From assembly GCA_000320545.1 (NCBI GenBank), contig ADNK01001145.1:1-64000 (forward strand): a stretch of 64,000 bases of DNA, given 5' to 3'. This stretch comes from Bigelowiella natans CCMP2755. Taxonomy: Eukaryota; Protista; Cercozoa. This document shows, piece after piece, positions 12,207-25,526 of this stretch (within the stretch, counting starts at the first letter, position 1; every line of letters starts with the position of its first letter). Both the position numbers and the translations under genes were made by a program. The notes under the pieces are model-generated. The model was not told the DNA's origin, ran no database searches, and saw only the letters and a program-made list of their open reading frames with translations.

Positions 12207-12742
12207 TCATGCTGTACGATTTAAAATGTCATTCGCAATGTGGGCCGCGAGCTCCCGCGATCCTTTTGGAGCGTGGGAATGATCTCCCGTGCGCTCTCCC
12301 CTTCTTAACCTCTCGTCTTTTTCTCTTCGACTACTTCTACTACCATTACTACTACTACTACTACTACTAAAACTATCAGCAGAACACGTTCCAATGCTCT
12401 TTCTTTCCGTCCTGCCGCGCTTTTTTTCCCCACCACCAGCCTCTTCATTGGTCCCCTCGGCCTTGTGCGGCGTTTTGGCATCAGTGTCAACATTGCACGC
12501 AACTGGAGGTGGCTCCTCTGTGGATGCTTTGGCAATGGCCTCGCAGACTAACTTGTTCAAAGCTGTGTGCCGTAAACGAGTGCAATTGAATTGTCTCGCG
12601 ATCTCGAAGATTCCTTTGTATGGTGTGCGAGGGAAGAGTGCATTAAGGTGACAGCATTTGAATGGCGAAACTATTTGAAGGAATATGAAACATAAATAAC
12701 GCTCACAGACGCGCTCGCGCCCCCCCCCCCCCACACACAAGC

Positions 12743-12778
<36 letters not shown>

Positions 12779-13354
12779 TCATATGTGTATTATAGCTCTC
12801 TGCGCTTACTCGGTGCAATCTTCGGAGTGATGTGAGGCCAGATCTCATCCTCCACCAATGCACGCAAACCCTCGATTTGAAACCTACCAACGCGAAAGAC
12901 ATTGAGGCACGAATTCCATAAGACTTCTGTTCAAACGTGCACGATCATCCCATGTAAGACTTAGTTCATAAACAATTCAAAAACAGTAACACTCAGGGCG
13001 TGCCGCCGCGCATTTTCTGTTCATTCCGGATGGAGAGGCCCTTGAAGAAACGACTAACAGACGGGGGGGGGAGGGACGAATTTCTAGTAGAAAAAAAGAA
13101 AACTTTAAAACTTCCTGCGCGGCTGCTACTCTGGACCTGTCGCATAGAATCAGCACATCGACGAGAGCTTTGATGTACTCATGGCGGCGCTCATCGTTCA
13201 TTCCAAGGAACGAATCGCCTATGCGGATGGAGCTGCTACTGGTTCTTCTGCTACTGTTGATGCCGGGTCGCTTCTGCTGAGTAGATAATCGCTCATATTC
13301 AGTACCAACATGAGAAAAAGCATATGTAATTACATATGATAGAGCGAGCGAGCG

Positions 13355-13403
<49 letters not shown>

Positions 13404-14253
13404 ACGGCAAGTGGAAAGAGACAACGATAACGTGAAATAGGGAGGAGCGGGAGAGCGGGGAGAACGACGAAACTCGAGTGAGTACACACGCACGTTTGCC
13501 ATAGATCCAGTGCGGTAGAGATTTTCTATACGCAGCTTATTCCTCGCTGTCTTGAAGGAGACTAAATTGACAGGTGAGTGACTCGCCGCCTTCGCCTTTG
13601 CCTCCCCCGAGGCTCCTCCTGACGAATTAACGTCTTCCTCTTTGCGTGGGTGGGGAGGCGATGGCGGATCGCTATCCGCGCTGCCTCGATTGTTCTCGTT
13701 GCTGCTGCTACCCCCCATATCTACAGCAGTCGCGCTGTTAAGAGGGGGGGGAGGGCCTTGTTGCTCGCTCTCCTCCTCCTCCTCCTCCTCCTCCTCCTCC
13801 TCCTCCTTATTCGGCAGTGATGACCGGGATGATGACGCCAAGGAAGAAGGAGAATGAGGAGTGGGGCGAGGAGGAGATGGCGACGTCAGCGGCGAAGACG
13901 CGGCGGTGGTTGTCTTCGCAAGAACACACCATCGAGGATTTCGTGTTATTGAGAGCTCTTCGCTGCCGCCCCCCCCCTCCCGCTTCCGGTCACTTCTGTT
14001 CCTGAACTTCGCGGGAGGGGCTCTAGTATCGCGAAGGGGCCGCTGAGCTCCACGAGAATGTGCCTCCAACGGATCTCTGCCGCGAACGCTTTCTCGCGGT
14101 AAGTCGCCGCAGTGAAGGAAATGAACGATGGTCACGAGCTGCTCGTAACTCACGTGGGGGAAACGAATTTCCTGAATTTTAGTAGCAATTATCGGCACGT
14201 TGTTGGTAGCAACACGCGACGCCAGTCGGGGATAAGAATACGATTCGAAGTCG

Positions 14254-14295
<42 letters not shown>

Positions 14296-15345
14296 ATATA
14301 GAGCTCTTCTCTGTCTTCTTCTTCTTCTTCTTCTTCTTCTTCTTCTTCTTCTCACCGAGGAGACTGCTTCTCGCATCTTTGACTGGAACATCTTTTGGAA
14401 GTATGCGCTGCGCCACGATAGAATCTCTCTCGAAGCCATCACGTAGCCTTTGCCGTCACTACGCACATATTCCGTGACAAACAACAGCGCGACGGTTACA
14501 AGAACACCATGCGGAGAAGCGATCTCTCCACATTTTAGTAAAATGCATAAACATAGTAGACACACGCTCTTCCCATGCGTGCTTCAACCCCCCCCCCCAT
14601 CCCTCCCATCTGGGATAAAACCTTGCAATGAGCTTCACGGTGTGGGGGCTAGTCTTCATGGCGCCTACGTCGGCTGTTGTACCCCTCTCTGCCTCTCGCA
14701 TATTATCACAGGATGAATCCGACAGGTAACCAGAGAGATCTCTGCAAAGTGTGTTTTTGGCTGGAAAGCAAGGGGGGGGGCATACACCACCGCGCACAAC
14801 GCTCATCTTTATGTACTTCCAACAGCCGCCTTTTCGATCCACCTACGCATTTACACACACCCCTGTTAGTGACCCTCATCTCGCCGATGATTTCATCGCA
14901 AACACGATAACAGTAGCCCTTTCGTGAGCGCCGGGAAAAACTGTTTATTCCCTGACATTTGCAAGAGCGATAGTAGCTTTGCAACGATTCTCTTTTTTCT
15001 TGTATGACGCTTGTTTTGACTTCAAACAAGACACAAAAACGCATTGGCAGATAACACGCGCGCGCGCGCGCGCGCACACACACACACACATACGCACATA
15101 CACACACACACACAAATGCTACATCATACACATGCAATCACCGTATATAGTCCTGGCTTTGGCAGCTTGCCTCTCTCGCGGCACCCTCCAAAAATACCGA
15201 CCGTGTACTTCAGCTTTGATGGCGATGATGACGATGGTGATGACGTAGGAGAGGAGGAGGAAGACGTCCTTCTCTTGGTTGCGCTGCTTTGTTTGTCGCA
15301 CTTCGATATGAACATCGTGTGAAGATACCTGTTAATGTGCGAGAA

Positions 15346-15405
<60 letters not shown>

Positions 15406-15982
15406 CGAGAGAAGAGGGCCAATGTCGGATAGTAACAGCAGCAAGCAAAACAGACTTCAAGTGCATACACACACACACACACAATCTCGCGCATATGTAA
15501 AACATTCAGATAATTTTGGTATTTGGCGGTGTGCGTGTGCGTTAGAGGCGCAGTGTGCGCTCATTCCCACGTAAATATGCCATGCAGTCATTTACGTCTA
15601 CAACAACAACAATAACAACAACTTTTACTACCACAACTCCTATTACTACGACACTCCTCCTCCTCCTCCTACTACTACTACTAGTACTGCTATGAGTAGA
15701 TGTATCGCTAATAGGCCTTAACATGGCCTTCTTCAAAGTCACCTTGCCACATCCCCATTACGCTGGATATCAGGTGTAAACCATGTCGCCTCGTAGTAGC
15801 CCCGGCCGTTTCCCCCGTCCGGCGCGCGCGACGTGGAGACCATGGAGCTCTTCCCCTCCTCCCCGTCTTGAGCCTGGGAGGGGGGCGGGCTCGCGGCGGG
15901 AGTGAAGTTGAGGATCTGGACCTTGCCGAAGACGTATTGCTTCCTCTTTGTTCTCGGCGTGAGCACTCCTACACAAGCAAGA

Positions 15983-16020
<38 letters not shown>

Positions 16021-16286
16021 CATAAATATATTATGTATATGAAATAAAACACAGAACACAGAGATCGAAGAGGTCGAAGGGTGAGCGCAGTGTAGGTGGG
16101 GGGGAGGGGGGACAAGGGGCCTACCTCCCATTGTGACGATTTGATTCGAGTTGGGAAGAGCCACTGCAGAGTGGTGCATTCTGGCAGGGGGACGCGACGG
16201 AGTTAACGCCGCGAGCATCGTGGATGAATTCGGAGAGGGTATCACCGACGGAACTACCAACCTCCATACCTTCAAGATGTGATTTC

Positions 16287-16365
<79 letters not shown>

Positions 16366-19300
16366 GTAAAGGCGGACGGGAGGTGGGGGGGGGGGAGAGG
16401 GGAGAGTGAGTGGGATGGATGGAGCACATTATATTCAGTACGGCACATGCAGAATGACAGCAATGGTATGCTATTATACCCAGATGACAGCAAAGATTAC
16501 TCACATACACACATCGCCAAAACTCCTTCCTAGCAGCGGCGCGTGGCATCGTACCTCAAGCGCACGGTCAAACACGTACACATCGAAACTATGGCCGTTC
16601 GCATGCCCTGGCGTGACCTGCCCCCCCAGCACAACCAAGCTATCCAAGGCTGGCAAATACGTCGCGGTGTGGCCGAAGCGGGGGGAGGGCCGGAGGGAGT
16701 CGCCGCGCGGCTCTACCAGCCGCCATTTCCGCGACGTCAGGCAGAACTCCCATAAATCCCCAAGGCAAACGCCTCGTGAGCCTCTGCCCCCAAAGATCAA
16801 AACCTTGTCAGTTCCGTCGATGAATGTCGCTGTATGTCTATGCCGTGCGCATGGTGTGGGACCACCCTTGACCTACGGTAGGAAGGGGAGGGGGGGGGGG
16901 GGGGGGGGGGGAGAATGGGGGTTAGGGTTTGGAGAGGGGAGAGCAGGATAAGAACGTATTTTGCCATTGCTATGGCGACGATTAGAACCAACGCAAATCA
17001 TCATGCAACGTTCACCACCTCCGGCCTTGGAGAAACCTTCTCCCACATCATCATCCTCCCCAGATGCAGCATCCACATGTCCGAAGAGCAGAAGCTGTCC
17101 GTACCCCCCCCAAAGGACCACACGGCCTCGTTGGCGTAGAAGGAGGCATGGAAACATAAGCACTCAGGCATACTCGCTGCTGCGTTGCTGCTAAAGGTTT
17201 CCTTTCCTTCCGTACTAGTGGTTCTATTCCTTTCGTCAGCATTCTCCGCATTCGCGTCACTGTCATCGCCATCTCCAAATCGCGTGTCTTGTGCAGCGTT
17301 TGAGCCGTCGCCGTCACCCGTCCCAGCCCTGTGGCAGCAAGCATCGTATGAATGCAATATTCGCGCAGAGAGAGAAGAATACAGCGCATTCGACATACAT
17401 GCACACACGCACGCACGCACACACGCACACGAGGGCACTTAGTTGCGATGAATATTCATGCGTCTCCGCCTCTACGGAAACTACAGCTCGCCTGACCCTT
17501 TCGTCTCTCCTCCTCCTCCTCGTCCTCCTTCTCCTCCTCCTCTTCCTCCTCGGCGCTCCTCATGCCCTCCCCCGCTCTTCTTATTCTTCTTCTTCTTCTT
17601 CCATCCTCGGGACGGCTTTGAGGAGGAGAACGGCCTCGTGGGAAGCAACCACCATTTCCCCGAGTTGAGCTGCAAGACAGGGATCACGCTAAGATCCACC
17701 GGTCCCCCAAGAGAGGGCTCAAAGCCTCCAATCACGTACCCCCGCTCTCCAACCATCACTAGCGTGTGCCCGCGACGTTGCAGCGCAGCGGCGGAAGGGG
17801 GGGGCGATGCGGATGACGGCTGGTTTGCCGCCTCGTGGACGCTGCTGCGTTCGGCTCTGGCGCTATGCCGCCCCTCCCCTTCGCCCCTCTCCGCGTCATC
17901 GTCGATAACGAGAGACGAGCGATATACTCTCATCTCGGTGCCTTCGCGCTCCGTGCCGCGGGCCTCTTTGCCACGGGCTCTCATGCCGACGTAATCCCGG
18001 ATTCGGTTGCTGATTGACGTTTTGACGTCAGATACAGAGGGAGACGCCGGGTCATCGTTTCGGCTGACGGTGCTGATGGCGCTGCTGGCCTGGGCTGCTG
18101 TGGATCTCTTATTCTCTCTCCCGCGGTTGTTCAAGGATGTGAGAGGGGAGGATGGATAGGCAATCTCAGTGCGGCTGAGGAAATCAATAGCGACCTGTAT
18201 AGCAAGAGGAAGAAGAAGAAGAAGAAGGAGAAGACGAGGAAGAAGAAGAGACCGTTTTTAAACGAAGAGTGATCAGCATCGCTGCTGAATGTAATCTCCT
18301 ACAAATACAACTATCAAAGCGAGCAGCCGCCATTAAGGACGTGTGTGTGTGTGTGTGTGTGTGTGTGGGTTTGTTTTGCTGATTTTCACCTTCTCCATGT
18401 CTGTTGCTCCGATCTCCCTCGCCATTGCCAGCAAAGCAGGAGCCTCGGCAAGATTCAACCTCGTTTCAAGCAGCCAGCACTCCACCAGTCTCGAGAGTCC
18501 TCCCAACCCAACGCGCTTCGCGCAGAGGCAGAGCTGCACGATGGGTGATGGCGAATGCGCCCAAACGCCTGGGACGAACAAGTCTCCGGAGCAAAGATAG
18601 CCGAGGATTACGCGCACTCCTGTAAGGTCAATGCCTGGAACGACTACGGAGATAATTGCGTTGCTGCAACCATCGCGGCCGTTTGCCTGGTCGGGCAGGT
18701 CTTCCTCCGGCTCCTCGTCATCATCAAGGCTGCGGATTCTGTTCATAGAGGAGGAGGACGTATCGGCAGCGCCTACCGCCCTCTTCTTCGGACCGGGCCG
18801 TGAGGCTACTGGCGAGGAGGACAAAGAGTGCGGATTGCCGACGCTCTGCTTCTCAGCTTTCGCGTCTGGCTCCTCCTCTCCCCCCTTTGCCTTTTCGTCG
18901 CCGTCGTTGATGCGCGACGCTTGTTGCGAGAACCACGGCCATCTCGCCCTCAGGATCTCGGCGCTGCACAACACATAGCTGCGCGGGTATGCTGAGGAGG
19001 AAGAGCGGCTGGGGGGGGGGGCTTCACGTTTGGCGCTGAGCTCCGGTACCAGCTTCGCAATGGAAGAAGCGGTTCTGTGGTGGGGGGAGTGGCATTTTGA
19101 TGAAGAGGGGGAGGAGGAGTGCGGGAACTCAGAGGGGGGCGATGGCCTTTGTACAAGATCCGCTATCCGATTTTGAGGTGAGAGGGGGGGCGGCTGGATG
19201 GATAATGCCGAGTCGGACGTAAGCGCCCCTCGGAGGATGTCGTCACCTAGATCGAACGTGTGCCGCGCTACCGGACAACGGGGGGGGGTGAGAAGCTCCC

Positions 19301-19373
19301 CATCATGATCCCTGTGTTGGGCCAAAACACAGAACACATTTGAATTATATAAATAATCATAAATACATTTATA

Positions 19374-19408
<35 letters not shown>

Positions 19409-21228
19409 CCCACTTCGCATTACTACTGCTACTGTCACTAGTACTAGGACTACTACAGTTACTGAATGAAAGGTTCAGGCATCAGCGGTAAGCATCTCGC
19501 TTTCATTCTCTTCTAGTTTTGGCTTCGTCCCCCCATCTTCCCCGGCGTCACAACCACCACCACCACCACCATCACCATCATCATTATCACCACACTTTTC
19601 TTCTTATTGCTACTCGATGAAACAAAAGCAGCGAGTACCTTGACCAGTCGAGCAGCACAATCTCATAGGGGTCGCTCATCTGCCTGTAGCACACCAGGAC
19701 GGCGTGTATGTGCTCGAGGGTTGGATGGCCTCGGAGAGACTGAATGAAGAGGGAGGGGTGTCGCTTTCGAGGGTAGATGCGAGGTGCGTAGGAGAGTCTC
19801 CCCGTCGCTGCATCGCATAGGTACAAATGGTCGTCATTCGAGCTGCCGGAGATGATACTGTTCCCGCTCGCAGTGTAGTAGGAACGCGTGTAGTTGTGAG
19901 ATGAGCCCGTCTCTTGAATTGCAAATTTCAACGGCCGCCGGGGCGTTGGCGCTCGCCTTCGCCCGGTTGAGGACGCCTTGTTGTGGTTGTAATGGCGGAC
20001 CATTGTGAAGGGGAGCTGGCAGACGTCGTTGTCCACAGCGCTGAGGAGGAATGTAGAGTCGTCCGGGGAGAACGACACGGTGACGATTGGCCGCTGCGCG
20101 GTGTGCTCGAAGAGTGTTGCAACGGACGCGCGGGCGCGGAGGTCCCATAGCTTTGCTCTGCAGTCGAGCGAGCACGACAGCATGATCTATTGAAAAGTTC
20201 AGTGAGCTTAGTTAGTACAATCGTACCGTAGGCATAAATGGGGAGCCACCTGGGGCATTGTGTTGGAGAATTTGCAGATGTTCACGTATCCGTTGTGCGC
20301 GTCTTTGAGCTCCCGATGTAGCCTGCCCTCTTGGAGGTCCATAATATGGATGCTAGAGGAAAGACCGTTTGCCACGAACCACGTATCGTCCGCGTTCGTA
20401 TTGACGCTATTCGTGTCCTGATGTGTTACACGTTAGCGCCGTGAGGGTGGGGAGAATGCCACTGATGTAGCCACTGTTATTACCAGGATTTTCATGACGA
20501 CTAGGGAATAAACAACGACGGAAACAAACAGGAAGAAAAGAGCAGGGAGCGCGAGGAAGGACGACGCTACCGAAGAGCACAAGTGTTCAGAGGGTCTTTC
20601 ACACTTGTGCCTCGAAGCATTAGCACAAGCACGGCTCCCTAAAGAGTAGAAGTGTGTATCTTCGCGGGTTTACCTGGATCACCGGGAAGCGATGCGCAAT
20701 CGACAGCGTGGAAGATAGCTCAGTGTGCAACAGTGATGGAACGCCGGCGCTGGAGCAGGTTAATATGAGGTTTCTATGCTTCCGAAGCCAGGAGAGGCTC
20801 ATGATGCTGTGGTCTTCTTCAGATTGCTTAATACACGCGCCCACTTGGTTCTTCATCCAGTCGACGAGTACCACTTCGCCAGAGCATGTTCCTATCGCCA
20901 TTACAGCCCTGTCCCTGGTCACGTAGCAAGCAGTCAAAACCGATTTTACCCCCCCCGGTCAAGGGAATAGATTCGAAAATTGGTGAGAAGAGGTTAGTGG
21001 CTAGATCATTTCCGGTGCTGCTAGTTAAATGGCTGTATCCCGGCGAGTTGGCTCGACAGATTTCAAAGCTGGCAAGCTGTCAAGACGAAATTCACACCTG
21101 TTGAACTCAAATTGGCGCGGCTGTAGCCCGTTCATTTTGAGGGGCAGGGCATGATACGAGGCAGTGCGCCATCGTCCCCACTCATTGAAGGGCTTGGGAA
21201 GGGGCGCCCTGTCCATCAGCGAAGCCAT
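12207..21228 (-). CDS. Multi-domain protein: DHU1-like WD40 propeller + BTB + Kelch repeats + BTB
   Basis: WD40 part: PRQFEFN, SFSPDDSTFLLSAVDNDV, NYTRSYY, SLFIQSLRGHP. BTB parts: EILRARWPWF...ILGYLCSG and REILSWRSAYFQKMF...IVHFLHCG. Kelch parts: RRGHTL, LIFGGRG, PSPRFGHTA, PARMHHSA. The splice junctions checked (DWSR|DHDG, DMEK|VAID) keep frame. The 3' end is approximate. Confidence 0.8.
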
Positions 21229-21438
21229 CGCAGGGCTGGCCTACGACTCGTAGCTGAGATCAGGCCTCATTCTCCTTGTGGGGCGATGAGTGAATTCACG
21301 TTGTATTTGTTGTGAGTATTGCGGGAATTCTTTTTGGGTAATTTCGCGTGTAATTCTCACTACAGATTGAAAGCAAGATGGATGTAGATCTAGATCTAGT
21401 AGCGTAAAGACAATAAGACAGATAATTAAGGTTGTTCT

Positions 21439-21642
21439 GGGGGTACCCGTAGGTACCAGCAGCACTCGGTTGAAAGGTGCAAGACCGAGGCCACTTACGA
21501 GAAGGCCATAGCAAGCTATGGTGGCTCCTCACGGCTCAAAAATAAGTTTAATCTTGAAGCGACCCAGTGGGCCGCGTATCAGAGATTAAGCTGATAAGAA
21601 CAGATACTACACTTGATCTTAGCCAAAAGGCCGAGAAGGTAT
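21439..21642 (-). ncRNA. U2: U2 spliceosomal snRNA
   Basis: The reverse complement begins ATACCTTCTCGGCCTTTTGGCTAAGATCAAGTGTAGTATCTGTTCTTATCAG, including the GTAGTA branch-site recognition sequence. It is followed by an Sm site (ATTTTTG), stem-loop III (CCATAG-CTTG-CTATGG) and stem-loop IV with a TTGCAC loop. The 3' end is approximate. Confidence 0.97.
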
Positions 21643-22261
21643 GAGTTCATTCGCCAGTCAAAAATTAAATGACCTCATCAAAGTTTCATCACTCTAGAGA
21701 TTCCAGGCTCAATTCGGTGCTTCTGCCTGTAGAAATGACAGGGTCTTTTTACTCTAAGACTTGGTCATAAAGATGGATTATAGAACTAAACGGATGCGTG
21801 TTCGAAACAGGAGAAAAACAGTGTATTTTATACTAAACGACATTACTTTTGGTTTCAGGGCGCCTCTGGTATCCGCACAACGGATCCTCATCAGAAACGG
21901 CTGCATGCTAGTGCTCATAGGTTGGAAGCGATTGTCTCGAGATCGCCTGCTTTTCGAGAATTGAATGACTACCGGTACCGTTACAAATGTACCGCAACTG
22001 GAAAAAGTTTCGGCGTTCTTTGTTGGCAGCGGAGTTCTGAGGATTTTTGCTGGAAAAGTAGCCTGCATTCTGGATACCCAATTCGAGTTTCCATGCGTAG
22101 GTTGCATCAGATGCAACCTGGATTGTGCTCGGGCGCTATCCGCGCATATCTCGTATGCGATCCACGCATATCGCCCCCCCCCACAACACCACAGCGATCA
22201 ACCTGTTTTCCCCATACCCATCGAAGGGCCTCAGAATACACGATTTCCCGACGCATTCAAG

Positions 22262-23917
22262 ATGGCGGTTGCTGCCACAATCGCTCAGGTCTTCATCCAA
22301 TACCTTCTTCCGGTTTTCGCGTTGGTCGCCGGTTTTATCTTAAACTTTGGCCCGATCCCTGGACTTCGGAAAGCAGTCCAGAGGAACGATGTCGGCGACT
22401 ACAATCCCGTCCCTTCTGCATGGGCTCTCATCCAGGGCATGGCAGTGACTACTTACGGATTCACCATTGGAAACTTTGTTGTTATTATTTCCGGTGCATT
22501 CGGAGCCCTCTGCGGCATCTACGTGATCGTCCTAGTTTTGCCCATCCTTGTGGACACGCCCAAAGAACAGATGGTGCGCTTCCAGAACATCATTCTCTAC
22601 GGATGTTTAGTCCAAGTCATAATTTCCCTTCTCACCCATCACGTCCCAGACGCCATAATGCTCATGGTTATTCAGATCCACTTCGTAGGCGCGACGCAAA
22701 TCCTTTATGCGTCGCCACTCTCCACAATGTACGCAGTTTTGAAGGAGAGGAACTCTTCAAGCTTGGAAGTCCCAGTTATCGTTGGCCAGCTGCTATGCTG
22801 CAGCAGCTGGTGGGGTTACGCCTACATAATTGGCAGCATTCCCATCCTCATCAATCAGTCCATTGGAATGACACTTGGGCTCATGATGCTTCTTCTTCGA
22901 TTGATATTTCCCGCACTAGAGTATAAAGTGAAGACCAGGTCTGGGGACGAGTCGCTCGTTGCCCAGCAGCTCTCGGCAATGAGCAACTTGAACATCTTAG
23001 CATTGCGCCGAAGTAGCCTTGGAAGCATGAAGCCGCGGAGTCGTACACAATCACAGGCATATCTTGGGAAAATACATGAAAGCGAGGATAGCAATGAAAG
23101 CGCCGGTATCCCTGTTGAAGGCTCTTCTTGTTGTTCCCCATTGAGGAAGGATGACCCGCACAAGGTCTCGATCTCTGATATGGCCTCCATCGTCATGGAC
23201 ATCGGGATTGTTCCTCTCAAATCGCCACCTTCTGCCGTCGGCGCAAAAAGAGACTCTAAGAGGCTACGACGTGGCTCCTTTCGAGGCTCACGTACTGAGA
23301 TGAGCTCGGTTCTCCACTTAGCAGCAATTAAAAATAGTCGGAATTCTCCTTCCCGGAGAACATACCCCTCCCCAAAATCATCGCTATCGTCTCCTGTTAG
23401 CGCCAAAATGGGGGAGGTCGGGGTTATTTCGAGGACTGGGAAATCGTCTCGAGTACCATCTCCTTTGAAAACAGGGCAAATTGATGCCGCGAAACCTTCG
23501 ATTCTGACTCCTTTACAACTGGAATCCTTGAAATCGGAACCCGCTCTCCCACAGGACAGAATCTTTAGCTTCCAAACTTCGGTCCCTACGCGCGCGCCAA
23601 CGTTATTTCCGCAGAACACAACCGCTCCTGGTGAAACCCCACCGGCATCGTTATCCGAGGTGACTTCTGCCCATCATCGTCCTAGTATTGGGGGTCCATC
23701 AATTTCGGTGCCTAATAGTGCTATGCCAACGCAGCAGCCTCGGGTGACGCCAAGTCCGGCTCGCATTCCCAGTATGCATCCTCAAGCAATTCCAACGCCT
23801 AATCCAGTCCCTACACCCTTTCCTACCTCCGCCATGAGAATGAGCGTGTCTACAAACCATCACCCAGCACAAGTTACTATTCCATCATCCGCACCGACTC
23901 TGCAACCTCGATTATAG
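22262..23917 (+). CDS. SWEET: SWEET (MtN3/saliva) family transporter with long Ser/Pro-rich C-terminal tail, intronless
   Basis: Two MtN3 repeats (FGPIPGLRKAVQRNDVGDYNPVP...YG and LYASPLSTMYAVLKERNSSSL...WWGYAY) and about 7 hydrophobic segments. The ORF is open from 21965, but the Met at 22262 precedes TM1. Confidence 0.88.
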   Translation: MAVAATIAQVFIQYLLPVFALVAGFILNFGPIPGLRKAVQRNDVGDYNPVPSAWALIQGMAVTTYGFTIGNFVVIISGAFGALCGIYVIVLVLPILVDTPKEQMVRFQNIILYGCLVQVIISLLTHHVPDAIMLMVIQIHFVGATQILYASPLSTMYAVLKERNSSSLEVPVIVGQLLCCSSWWGYAYIIGSIPILINQSIGMTLGLMMLLLRLIFPALEYKVKTRSGDESLVAQQLSAMSNLNILALRRSSLGSMKPRSRTQSQAYLGKIHESEDSNESAGIPVEGSSCCSPLRKDDPHKVSISDMASIVMDIGIVPLKSPPSAVGAKRDSKRLRRGSFRGSRTEMSSVLHLAAIKNSRNSPSRRTYPSPKSSLSSPVSAKMGEVGVISRTGKSSRVPSPLKTGQIDAAKPSILTPLQLESLKSEPALPQDRIFSFQTSVPTRAPTLFPQNTTAPGETPPASLSEVTSAHHRPSIGGPSISVPNSAMPTQQPRVTPSPARIPSMHPQAIPTPNPVPTPFPTSAMRMSVSTNHHPAQVTIPSSAPTLQPRL

Positions 23918-23985
23918 CATGAGAACACATGACAGCATGGCCTGTTGTAGGCGTTTATACAGTCGCGATCAGGATGTTCTATTTG

Positions 23986-24045
23986 ATTGGCGCTGATAAT
24001 CCTCAGTTTTACTTAATTGGCGCTGATAATCCTCAGTCTTACTTT
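23986..24045. repeat. 30-bp tandem duplication in the SWEET 3' region
   Basis: attggcgctgataatcctcagttttactta is followed by attggcgctgataatcctcagtcttacttt. Confidence 0.9.
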
Positions 24046-24649
24046 CAATAAAATATTTCTAGTCGCTGCGGCGCTTTGTACATTCCGCACCGTGGCACAA
24101 TTTAAGCAAGCGATATAATGATAACGTAGATTTTATAAAATTGATGAAATTCGTATCGTATCAAAATTCAGTATATGAGCATGTTTTAACGCTATATATG
24201 CTATAACGCACACATCACCGCGCTAGTGCAATATTATATTGCTGTGTCTATTATCGCAGTATATGGACATATATGTCCCTATGTCCCTATAGCAGAGCAA
24301 AAGCAGGTGCGTAATAGGCATGCACGCATGTTTGTGTTGCACCATAGCCAATCACACACAAGGCTATATACTGATTCCTCCAATCATCGTAACATGTTTG
24401 ACGCTATGATTTTATAAGCTGACGCTTGCTGCTTAACTGTAGTCTAAATGTGTACACACACATGCATGCAAGTGTACATTGTAAAGTACGTACATGTGTC
24501 ATATTACACACGCACGTGCTTGTCGTACAGCCAGCTTACCTAGCGTAGTTACTGTCATTTCTGCTATGTAAGAAAGCTGCTTGAGCATGATGTAATTATT
24601 TAGTTGCGGTGGCTGTTATCTATGCGTATAATACCCGCTGATTCGTAAG

Positions 24650-24690
<41 letters not shown>

Positions 24691-25030
24691 CAGATGGCAG
24701 GCAGGTCCCGTTGGAAAGTAGTAGTGCCGACCATCATCGTCGCATCAATGATGAAATCGTGAAATTATCAGATTATTATGAGGTAATGAAGGTTGCATGC
24801 TGGTAAGTATGACCCAAGTAATTAGTGCCGCAATGCACGAAGGGCTGACTATGCACCTTGCTATTTATAGCTAATATGTGTTTTTGTGTGGAGTTGTGCG
24901 CGGCACTTTGTTTACAGCAACCGATTTACTACGATATTATTTGGTTAATTTGATAACTATTTGTGGTATGATACGTGCAGCAAGCGAATCTCCACCGCAA
25001 TCGTGGCCATAAAGGATGCCATGCGTAGAT

Positions 25031-25485
25031 TCATAACACTAACTTACGAGTGGTTAATTGGGAGTTAGGATGAGCAGCTAATCTGATGTCCTTCTTCTCT
25101 CTGATTTTTACCGGGACCTGTGTTTCGTGCTTTCTGACTGCGGACTGCCAGGAGTTACAAGAACAACATACCAGAAGACAAAGAATATAAGGGAGATCAT
25201 CTTATACTTTGTAAAAATTATGGGCAGGCATTACCGCCCATTTTTCCGATTTTAGACTTCGTTTCGCAATGGTGACATTCATTTCACTCATGCTGCGTGC
25301 TCCACGATTCTTGAACCTAACCGAATTCAGTGAATCAAAATAATGATACTTGGAAGTCTTTCGTTGTTGTTCCGGGTCACCATACTTTAGTCGCAGCGCT
25401 TCGACTTCTATATCCCTCTGCTTCTCCTGTGTTCCAAAATAAGTACTTAACACTGGCTTCAGAAATGCACACATTAAATAGGACA

Positions 25486-25526
<41 letters not shown>

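Noticed and set aside
16885-16932. G-run followed by TTAGGG
   Set aside because: It is a single telomere-like hexamer in an intron, and G/C homopolymers are ubiquitous here.
21965-22261. 99-aa N-terminal extension of the SWEET ORF
   Set aside because: It has no recognisable features, and the Met at 22262 directly precedes TM1, so it is probably 5' UTR. This is not proven.
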